Positions 41,862-49,752 of a stretch of 64,000 nucleotides of DNA are shown one piece after another (the first letter of the stretch is position 1; every line of letters begins with the position of its first letter). Under the pieces are notes generated by a model. The model saw only the letters and a program-made list of their open reading frames with translations, was not told the origin of the DNA and did not search any database. Source of the DNA: an uncultured virus (IMG/VR IMGVR_UViG_3300021138_000020) (Duplodnaviria > Heunggongvirae > Uroviricota > Caudoviricetes); the IMG/VR virus record IMGVR_UViG_3300021138_000020; one strand, 5' to 3'. Both the position numbers and the translations under genes were made by a program.

Positions 41862-42776
41862 ATGACTATTGGATTCACAATAAGAAAGCAGAAGTACCTA
41901 AACAACCGAGACCTATTAGCAGAAATACACCGTTCAAAATGTTCTTTTTCAAGTTTTACACAACCTGAATACCAACAGCACGACATTATTTTAACCAGTC
42001 TCGATAAAATTAACATTAGAACTGTTGCTGATGCAAAACGAGCCAGGGCTAAAAGAATAGGCATTGCTGCATTTGCTGCAGCTCGTATGTCAGGTGACAA
42101 GAAAACTAAACTAGCAGACTGTACACCTGATTACAAAACCATTGCCAAAACGGACATCGTAATCCGTATTATGACCTTTGAGCACATTCCATTGGCTCCG
42201 GGTCGTAAGAAAACTGTCAAGAATACTGCAGACAGTCACGAAAAAGTAAACTTTCCACCCTACCAACATTGGAAATTCAACGACGAAGATGAATTAATCT
42301 GTGTAGGGAAATCACATTGGAAAGGCGGTGTGGACAAGGGCCACTTTAGCAAGGACCACGGGCGCATCACAGAAAACCTTGGTAAGATGTTTATCAAGTT
42401 AAGCGAACGCTATGCCCAACGATCAAACTGGCGTGGTTATACCTATATCGACGAAATGAAGGGACAGGCTATCCTACAATTAAGCCAAATTGGTTTGCAG
42501 TTTGACGAAAGCAAATCAGAAAACCCATTTGCCTACTATACCGCAGCGGTAACAAATAGCTTTACTCGTATTCTAAACATCGAAAAGAAGAGTCAAAATA
42601 TCCGAGATGACCTATTAGAAGAAGCAGGTCTAACACCGAGTTTGACTCGTCAAAACAGTCAAGAGTATGCAGAAGAAATTGCTCGTCAGGCAGAACTATA
42701 CAAGAATATGCGTATGCCCAAGAGTGAAGAAGTTTCTGAAGAAGAAGAAATAGAAAACGAAGATATTATTCCTTGA
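41862..42776 (+). CDS. Late-transcription sigma factor (T4 gp55-like)
   Basis: YLNNRDLL, NWRGYTY.DEM, FDESKSENPFAYYT; directly upstream of gp47/46 as in T4. Confidence 0.85.
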   Translation: MTIGFTIRKQKYLNNRDLLAEIHRSKCSFSSFTQPEYQQHDIILTSLDKINIRTVADAKRARAKRIGIAAFAAARMSGDKKTKLADCTPDYKTIAKTDIVIRIMTFEHIPLAPGRKKTVKNTADSHEKVNFPPYQHWKFNDEDELICVGKSHWKGGVDKGHFSKDHGRITENLGKMFIKLSERYAQRSNWRGYTYIDEMKGQAILQLSQIGLQFDESKSENPFAYYTAAVTNSFTRILNIEKKSQNIRDDLLEEAGLTPSLTRQNSQEYAEEIARQAELYKNMRMPKSEEVSEEEEIENEDIIP

Positions 42777-42801
42777 CTTTTATAGTTAGACTCGCTATAC
42801 T
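42773..42801 (+). promoter_or_regulatory. Sigma70-type promoter
   Basis: TTGACT-17 nt-TATACT. Confidence 0.7.
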
Positions 42802-42822
42802 TTTTATAGGAGAACTATAATA

Positions 42823-43836
42823 ATGGGTCTATTTAAAAAAGTTGCTGCGATGACAGATATTCATTTTGGTCTTAAGTCCAACTCAGCAACACATTTGCAG
42901 GACTGTGAGGAATTCGTAGATTGGTTTATTTCAACCGCCAAGGAGCAAGGGTGTGAAACTTGCATATTCCTTGGCGATTGGAGTCACAATCGAAACAGCT
43001 TAAACTTATTCACTTTGAATTCTAGTTTAAGATGTTTAGAAAAATTAGGTGCTGCCTTTGAGCAGTTCTTTTGGTTTCCCGGCAACCACGATTTGTTCTA
43101 CAAAGACAAGCGTGACATTCATTCCAGCGCCTTTGGCCGCCACATTCCAGGAGTCACCGTCATAGAGGGTGTAACAACTCTTGATGATGTCACCCTAGTC
43201 CCGTGGCTTGTTGGGGAAGAGTGGAAAGATATCAGCAAGGTAAAGAGCCGATATATGTTCGGGCACTTTGAATTACCCCTGTTCTATATGAATGCCATGG
43301 TGCAGATGCCCGATCACGGTGAATTACAAGCAGAACATTTTAAACACCAAGATTATGTGTTCAGCGGACATTTCCACAAGCGACAACAACGAGGAAAGAT
43401 TGTCTATATTGGCAATGCCTTTCCCCACAACTTTGCCGACAACTGGGATGACGACCGAGGTATGATGGTTCTAGAGTGGGGCGGAGAACCCGAGTTTATC
43501 AACTGGCCAAATTGTCCCAAGTATCGTGTGGTTAAACTGTCTGACCTTATTGATCAGAAAGACAGCATTATGAAATCTAAGATGCACCTACGGGTAAACT
43601 TAGACATCGATATCAGCTACGAAGAAGCAAATTTTATCAAAGAAGAATTCAATAAGAATTATGATATTCGAGAAATCAGTCTAACTCAGGATAAAAACAA
43701 CTTAGACGGCATCATCGAAGAAAGCCAAGATGCCAAGTTTGAATCAGTAGACCAAATTGTCACTGAACAGTTACTCAGTATCAATTCCGATCAATACAAC
43801 ATCAACACTCTACTAGAAATTTACAATGAACTTTAA
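42823..43836 (+). CDS. Recombination nuclease subunit (gp47/Mre11/SbcD-like)
   Basis: TDIHFG, LGD, GNHD, GHFE and SGHFH phosphoesterase motifs. Confidence 0.93.
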   Translation: MGLFKKVAAMTDIHFGLKSNSATHLQDCEEFVDWFISTAKEQGCETCIFLGDWSHNRNSLNLFTLNSSLRCLEKLGAAFEQFFWFPGNHDLFYKDKRDIHSSAFGRHIPGVTVIEGVTTLDDVTLVPWLVGEEWKDISKVKSRYMFGHFELPLFYMNAMVQMPDHGELQAEHFKHQDYVFSGHFHKRQQRGKIVYIGNAFPHNFADNWDDDRGMMVLEWGGEPEFINWPNCPKYRVVKLSDLIDQKDSIMKSKMHLRVNLDIDISYEEANFIKEEFNKNYDIREISLTQDKNNLDGIIEESQDAKFESVDQIVTEQLLSINSDQYNINTLLEIYNEL

Positions 43837-45610
43837 TATAAAGAATTTAACCGTAAAGAATTTTATGAGCGTGGGTCAAAATACCCAGGCAGTAGATTTT
43901 GATCGCGAATCCTTGACTTTGGTTTTAGGTTCTAATCTAGATCTAGGCGGCGATGATACCGGTTCTAGAAATGGCACTGGCAAGACTACCATTATTAATG
44001 CTCTAAGTTATGCTCTGTACGGTCAAGCACTTACCAACATTAAGAAAGAAAACTTAATCAATAAAACCAACAGCAAGGCCATGTTGGTCACTGTTGAGTT
44101 TGAAAAAGGTGGTAATCTTTATAGAATTGAACGCGGTCGCAAACCCAATGTGCTCAAGCTGTTTGTCAACAATGATCAGATTAAAACTGAAGAATTAGAA
44201 GACGATAGTCAGGGCGATAGCCGAGAAACACAAAAGGCCATTGAGCAGATGCTGGGTATGAGCCATACTATGTTTAAACATCTAGTGGCGTTGAATACCT
44301 ATACTGAGCCGTTCCTGGCTATGCGAGCTGCTGATCAACGAGAAGTCATCGAACAACTGCTAGGTATTACTCAATTAAGTGAAAAAGCAGAAACACTAAA
44401 GGCCTTGGTCAAAGAAACCAAGGATGCCATTGTATTAGAAACTGCTCGGATTGAAACTGTTAAGAAGTCCAATGAGAATATTCAGAAGAGCATTGACAGC
44501 CTAATCACCCGCGGCAATGCTTGGGAAACCAAGAAAGAACAAGATTTAACCAGCCTAGTAAACAACATACAAACACTGGTCACCGTGGATATCAATAACG
44601 AACTTGCTGCTCACGCTCAATTAAAAGTATGGGAAGATAACAACAGCAAGATTATCAGCCTACAGAAACAAAAGTCCACTCTAGAAAGTGCTGTAACGCA
44701 AGCAGACAAAACTCTCACCAAGTATAATAAAGAATTAGAAAAGTTAGAAACCAAACAATGCCCGGCTTGTGAACAGGATCTTCACGATCACAAGCACGAA
44801 GAAATGACTGCCACTGTTACTAAAAATATTACCGATGCTTATACATATCTAGAAAAAGTATCAGCTGATTATCAAAAGATTGTAGACGAAATAACTGCCA
44901 TCGGTGAACAACCTAAACGACCTATTACATTCTACGATACAGAAGCAGAAGCACTGGGTCATAAAAATAACTTGGATAGCCTAGAAGCTCGATTGAATCA
45001 ACGAGCAGAAGAAACTAACCCCTATGCCGAACAGGTTGAAGAACTAAAGAAAAGTGCCCTACAAGAAATTTCGTGGGACACCATTAACGAGTTGACTAGA
45101 ATTAAAGAACATCAAGAGTTCCTGCTAAAACTTCTGACCAATAAAGACAGCTTTATTCGCAAAAAGATCATTGATCAGAATTTAAACTACTTGAACAAAC
45201 GCTTGAGTTATTACATCGACAAGCTAGGATTGCCACATGCTGTGGTATTCCAAAATGACCTAAATGTGGAAATTACTCAACTAGGTCAAGATTTAGACTT
45301 TGATAATTTAAGCCGAGGCGAGCGTAATCGATTGATTCTTTCTATGAGCTTTGCCTTTAGAGATGTATGGGAAGGGCTGTACCAGAGCATTAACCTGTTG
45401 TTCATCGACGAGCTTGTTGATGCCGGTATGGACTCAGCGGGTGTGGAAAGTGCGCTAGCCGTGCTGAAGAAAATGGCTCGAGAACGAAATAAGAACATTT
45501 ACCTTATATCTCACAAGGATGAATTAGTGGGCCGTGTAAATAGTGTCCTCCGGGTGGTAAAAGAGAACGGCTTTACTTCGTATAATAATGATTTAGAATA
45601 TGTGGCTTGA
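43826..45610 (+). CDS. Recombination ATPase subunit (gp46/Rad50/SbcC-like)
   Basis: KNFMS, NGTGKT, CPAC zinc hook, LSRGE, LFIDE, ISH. Confidence 0.95.
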   Translation: MNFNIKNLTVKNFMSVGQNTQAVDFDRESLTLVLGSNLDLGGDDTGSRNGTGKTTIINALSYALYGQALTNIKKENLINKTNSKAMLVTVEFEKGGNLYRIERGRKPNVLKLFVNNDQIKTEELEDDSQGDSRETQKAIEQMLGMSHTMFKHLVALNTYTEPFLAMRAADQREVIEQLLGITQLSEKAETLKALVKETKDAIVLETARIETVKKSNENIQKSIDSLITRGNAWETKKEQDLTSLVNNIQTLVTVDINNELAAHAQLKVWEDNNSKIISLQKQKSTLESAVTQADKTLTKYNKELEKLETKQCPACEQDLHDHKHEEMTATVTKNITDAYTYLEKVSADYQKIVDEITAIGEQPKRPITFYDTEAEALGHKNNLDSLEARLNQRAEETNPYAEQVEELKKSALQEISWDTINELTRIKEHQEFLLKLLTNKDSFIRKKIIDQNLNYLNKRLSYYIDKLGLPHAVVFQNDLNVEITQLGQDLDFDNLSRGERNRLILSMSFAFRDVWEGLYQSINLLFIDELVDAGMDSAGVESALAVLKKMARERNKNIYLISHKDELVGRVNSVLRVVKENGFTSYNNDLEYVA

Positions 45611-46013
45611 ATCTACAAAAGACCATGTAACCTGCGAAAAGTGCGGTAGTCGAGTGTCTAAGCTAACTTACAAACGGTATCACGGTGCCCAATGTATTTT
45701 GCTAGATGACTCGGAAATCGTACGGACACGAGCCGAGTATACGCAAGCATACTCAGATTTTGTGGCTGCACTTGTAGAAGTTAATAACTATCATCGTAGG
45801 TTCCTTAAATCTAGTGCCCTTAGATCAGGTACCGAGTTTAGGCATACTGTGGTTAGACTACAGAAATTGTGTATCGTTCTAAGAAACCGAAGCAAAGATA
45901 TGGCCGAGGCATTTGATAAGAAGAAACGAGAAGTAGAGGCCAAAGAGCCACCAAAGAAGTATAAAAAGAAGAATGTGGACATACCAAAATCAAGCAGTGG
46001 AGACTCTTCCTGA
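45600..46013 (+). CDS. Hypothetical protein with N-terminal CxxC...RYHGxxC zinc module
   Basis: CEKCG...KRYHGAQC, then a basic helical region. Confidence 0.65.
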   Translation: MWLESTKDHVTCEKCGSRVSKLTYKRYHGAQCILLDDSEIVRTRAEYTQAYSDFVAALVEVNNYHRRFLKSSALRSGTEFRHTVVRLQKLCIVLRNRSKDMAEAFDKKKREVEAKEPPKKYKKKNVDIPKSSSGDSS

Positions 46014-46398
46014 AGATTGTGTAGGATTTGTATATCTTATCACGAACTTGACCAATGGTAGAAAATATATAGGCAAAAAACTAGCAAAGTTCTCTAAAAC
46101 AACATATAAAACTGTTACACTAAAGAATGGCACTAAAAAGAAGAAGAAAATTAGAAGCAAAATATCAAGCGACTGGCAAACATATTGGTCTAGCTCAGAC
46201 GAACTTAAAAAAGATATCGAATTGCTTGGCCAGAATAATTTTACAAGAGAAATATTATTCTATTGCAAAAGTAAAAGTGAATGCACTTATGTAGAAGCAA
46301 GAACCCAGTTTGAAAGAAAAGTATTAGAATCAGATGATTATTATAACGGACAGATAAGTTGCAGGATACACCAATCACATATAAAAGGCAAGATTTAA
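45973..46398 (+). CDS. Stand-alone GIY-YIG nuclease
   Basis: GFVYLITN...KYIGKK, YWSSS, FTREIL, E..., YYN. Confidence 0.85.
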   Translation: MWTYQNQAVETLPEDCVGFVYLITNLTNGRKYIGKKLAKFSKTTYKTVTLKNGTKKKKKIRSKISSDWQTYWSSSDELKKDIELLGQNNFTREILFYCKSKSECTYVEARTQFERKVLESDDYYNGQISCRIHQSHIKGKI

Positions 46399-46466
46399 TA
46401 AATATTAGTGCCAGTCGCGATGCGTCAACATCCACTGACTCTAACAGTTATGAAGGAACTATCAGC

Positions 46467-47059
46467 ATGCCTATTTACCTCTATGTAAAAACCCACAACA
46501 AAACTGGGTTAAAATATCTTGGCAAGACTATTTCTATTGATCCGCATTTATATCAAGGTTCGGGCACCGTTTGGAGGCAACATATCAAAAAACACGGATA
46601 TGATGTAACTACTGAAATTTTGCTTGAAACTACTAATCCATCTGAAATTAAAGAAGCCGGAATTTACTATTCAAATTTATGGAATATTGTAGAATCCAAA
46701 GAATTTGCTAATATTGTCCCAGAGATGGGAGACGGTGGCGCTATGCCGTGGACCATTGAAAGCAGACAAAAACTTTCAAGGACAAATAAAGGCAAAAAAC
46801 ATACAGAAGAATCTAAGAAGAAATATAAAGAAGCACAACAAAAACAGGCACAACATCTAAGTAAAAAACAAAAGAATATCTAGCAATTCCAGAAAATTAT
46901 AAAAAAAGATGTAACCAACTAGCAGCTAATTGGAATATTCCAGGATACCGAGAACGGATGTCCGAGAAAATGTCCTCCTTAAAATGGTGTAACGACGGTA
47001 TTAGAAATTATCGTAAGTCTGTTATTCCAGAAGGAATGGTTGCGGGTAAGTTACATTGA
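46467..47059 (+). pseudogene. GIY-YIG (Seg-like) homing endonuclease with a frameshift in the A6 run at 46863-46868
   Basis: IYLYVKTH..GLKYLGKT, YQGSG, NUMOD3-like KGKKHTEE. The frame stops at 46883, but the -1 frame continues ...KWCNDGIRNYR..IPEGMVAGKLH* to 47059. Confidence 0.75.
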
Positions 47060-47084
47060 CATGGCTCCCACATTAGAAATAAAA

Positions 47085-47523
47085 TTTAGGCACCTTAAAC
47101 GGTAACAAAAGCAAGCGCAAGCCAATATCGTGCGCCCTAGACCTGGATCTCGGATCACAGGGACGGAAATCTCTTGCCGTTAAGAGTTCTCAATCAGTAT
47201 CCTTTACAGGACCAAGATCGCAAATAGCCGCGGTTTGATTGTTAGAAGATAGTAGAAAAGGCAAAAAAGAAGGGAGAAAAACCCTGGGTTTACATATGCG
47301 ATAGTGTGTATATGTAAGCTGCCGTTGAGATGAAGACGGAGCTCGTGGTACCGGTCAACCGCCACTGTAATGCTCTAACACTGTGTGACTGAGGTAACTC
47401 GGATAATGTTCTTCGCCCTGTGCGGGCGAAGTGTGACCAAACAATCTGGATAATATTAAAAACGTCTTCGACGAAACAACTGATCTGAGCGTGAGCGATA
47501 GATCAAACGAACGCAGTTCGTTT
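47085..47523 (+). ncRNA. Candidate large structured non-coding RNA (family not recognised)
   Basis: About 13 consecutive stems with many G-U pairs and GNRA loops on the + strand; no credible ORF. Confidence 0.6.
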
Positions 47524-47530
47524 ATAAATA
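47523..47530 (+). promoter_or_regulatory. T4-type late promoter
   Basis: TATAAATA 20 nt upstream of the 47551 gene. Confidence 0.75.
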
Positions 47531-47550
47531 GATGATTAAATCTTAATTCT

Positions 47551-48786
47551 ATGAAGCTCAATCACATTTACAACGACTATCTCTATGAAGGACTAGACAA
47601 ACCATCTATTCGTTCTGTGAGATTATGGGAACACGCAGGTATTTTAATCAAAGAAGCTGCTCTTACTCCTGATCAAATAAATCAACTATTTCAACAAATA
47701 GAAGCAGGTGCTACAGCCTCGGGTTCTAATAGAACTATGATTGGGCAAGGTAAAGATATAGCTTCAACAGTTAATAGGGCGTGGGAAGATCTAAAAACTA
47801 AAATACAAAACTCTGGTCCTATCAAAGGATTGGATGCCAAATACGATCAAGCTGCTGAAAAGTTAAAACAAGCTACAGGTGGTGATCAAGGCGTAATGAA
47901 GTATGTGCAAAAGTACAGAGATTTTGCCAAAGCACATCCAATTGCACAGAGTTTAATTTATTCAGCGTTGATTGCAGCCGCAGGTATCAGTGGTGCTGGA
48001 TTAGGTGGTGCAGCAGCACTGGGCCTATTTAAAATGGTAGACAAACTACTTCAAGGTGAGAAGTTTAGCAGTGCTGCTTATGCAGGCGCTAAAACAGGCG
48101 CCACTGCTTATGCCGCTGGACAAATCGGCAAAGCACTACAAGGGCAACAGGCACAACCTTTGGATCATCAGTACGGTACTCGTCCTGGCGAAAATGAATT
48201 AGTGGGACAAACTGGTCCCGGACAATATGCTAGTAATTATAGCGGAACTGCTATAGGTGGTATGCCGGTTATCCCTGGACAACCATTAAATCCTACACAA
48301 ATGGCCTTAGCCGATATGTCAATACAAAACGGCAATAAACTTAGCCCTGCTGTTCAAGCTGCTTACGATCTAGCAAAACAACAGGCTACACAGGAATCAA
48401 TTAACTTGTCAGAATCGGCAATTGCCTTGATAATTGGCAAAGTTGTTGCCCGTCAGCGTAAACTTGATGAGGGTGTTTGGGATACAATTAAACAAAAGGC
48501 CGCTACTGTAGGCAAGAACTTAACCACCAAAATCACCGCAGACAAACTACAATCTGCTTGGAAGAAAGCAGGAAGTCCTACAGATAGTGATGCAGTGGCC
48601 AACATACTGCGACAAGCCGGTGTAGATGATACTGTTATCAACAAGGTATTTGGAGATATGCAAATACCTGTACCTTCTGCTACTCCTGCTGCTCAAAATA
48701 TAAATATTGATGACATTGTTGCTAGAATTAAAAAATTACCACCAGCCGATCAGCAAAAAGTATTAGCCGCATTAGGAACTGTATAA
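47551..48786 (+). CDS. Hypothetical late protein, possible internal head protein
   Basis: Late promoter; Ala/Gly/Gln-rich; repeated (L/I)xE motifs. Confidence 0.6.
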   Translation: MKLNHIYNDYLYEGLDKPSIRSVRLWEHAGILIKEAALTPDQINQLFQQIEAGATASGSNRTMIGQGKDIASTVNRAWEDLKTKIQNSGPIKGLDAKYDQAAEKLKQATGGDQGVMKYVQKYRDFAKAHPIAQSLIYSALIAAAGISGAGLGGAAALGLFKMVDKLLQGEKFSSAAYAGAKTGATAYAAGQIGKALQGQQAQPLDHQYGTRPGENELVGQTGPGQYASNYSGTAIGGMPVIPGQPLNPTQMALADMSIQNGNKLSPAVQAAYDLAKQQATQESINLSESAIALIIGKVVARQRKLDEGVWDTIKQKAATVGKNLTTKITADKLQSAWKKAGSPTDSDAVANILRQAGVDDTVINKVFGDMQIPVPSATPAAQNINIDDIVARIKKLPPADQQKVLAALGTV

Positions 48787-49532
48787 TGAGAATCAACGAA
48801 ATATTAACTGAAGATCAATTAGACGAATTAAGTCTTAAAGGACTAGGGCAAGGCCTTGGCAGAGTTCCTGGTGCAGTTGCTGGGGGAGTAGTTCAAGGAC
48901 TTAAAAATGTATGGAATGGTGCCAAGCAAGGATACCAAGCAGGACAAACTGCATTAAAACCTGATGCTAATCAAAGTCAAGGTCCTAGTTGGGCAGCGCC
49001 TATTCCTACAGGACAAGGTCGACCTGCTACTGCTGCACCGATAGCAGCAGCGGCTGCTCCTACAGGTGGAGATAATGAAGTTGACCAAATTTTACAACTA
49101 GTATCTAAATTAAATCCTGATGCTAAAAAAGATATTGTAAGTAAAATTCAAGCAGAACCTGCAGCTCAAGCAGAACCTGCTACGCAACCAACACAATCTG
49201 CTGATACTCAACAAGCAAAACCTACAACTCAAGCAGAACCTGCAGCTCAAGCAGAACCTGCTACGCAACCAACACAACCTGCAAAACCAACAAATACAGA
49301 CCAAGCACAATCGGCCCAAACAACACAACCTGCAAAACCAACAGCTACTAATTACGGTGGAGGGCAGACTCAAGGTGCTGTTCCAAAAGTTAATTATTCG
49401 TTTAACGCTAATACTAAACCGGCTACTGCACCAGTCAAGCCTGCACCTGAGCCAGAAGATGACAATCCTAATATAGTTAGAGGATATAACGAGGATGTAG
49501 GTTACAGTCGGTTTCTAGGAATGAATCTTTAA
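48786..49532 (+). CDS. Hypothetical low-complexity late protein, possible internal head protein
   Basis: MRINEILTEDQLDE N-terminus; Pro/Ala/Gln/Thr-rich repeats. Confidence 0.6.
   Translation: MRINEILTEDQLDELSLKGLGQGLGRVPGAVAGGVVQGLKNVWNGAKQGYQAGQTALKPDANQSQGPSWAAPIPTGQGRPATAAPIAAAAAPTGGDNEVDQILQLVSKLNPDAKKDIVSKIQAEPAAQAEPATQPTQSADTQQAKPTTQAEPAAQAEPATQPTQPAKPTNTDQAQSAQTTQPAKPTATNYGGGQTQGAVPKVNYSFNANTKPATAPVKPAPEPEDDNPNIVRGYNEDVGYSRFLGMNL
49148..49277 (+). repeat. Exact 49-nt direct repeat, 81 nt apart
   Basis: TCAAGCAGAACCTGCAGCTCAAGCAGAACCTGCTACGCAACCAACACAA at 49148-49196 and 49229-49277. Confidence 0.9.
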
Positions 49533-49747
49533 AAGAAAGGAAGACCACTTTCTTTCGTGGTTTCCAAATTCTTTTCAATAATGCGACCGATGATTTCTCG
49601 GTCTTCAAAACCTAATAGCATACTTTCAGAATATGAGAGTCCTCCCCTCATATACCAGCATATCCTAAAAAGTTCGTCTTTGATGGCTTTTGAATCTAAC
49701 TCGTAATCTTTGACCAGCTGGTTAATGCCTTCTAGATCAAGATGCAA
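49529..49747 (-). CDS. gp51-like baseplate/tail assembly protein; probably the -1 frameshift extension of the upstream gene
   Basis: ICWYMRGGLSYSE...EDREII motif; TTG start with a poorly spaced SD. Confidence 0.65.
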   Translation of the reverse strand: MHLDLEGINQLVKDYELDSKAIKDELFRICWYMRGGLSYSESMLLGFEDREIIGRIIEKNLETTKESGLPFF

Positions 49748-49752
49748 AAGCC

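Noticed and set aside
46359..46466. Upstream start of the second GIY-YIG ORF given in the track
   Set aside because: The SD and motif position support ATG 46467; the upstream part is promoter and leader
47130..47523. Canonical group II or group I intron (GTGCGCCC start, nearby GIY-YIG genes)
   Set aside because: I found no recognisable domain V/VI, no group I P7 core motifs and no interrupted host gene, so it is kept only as an unassigned structured RNA
47355..47561. 68-aa minus-strand ORF in the structured region
   Set aside because: No SD or motif; antisense to the local transcription direction; overlaps the stems
49148..49340. CRISPR-like repeat array
   Set aside because: The repeats are in-frame coding duplications (QAEPAAQAEPATQPTQ) with no repeat-spacer pattern; no cas genes are present
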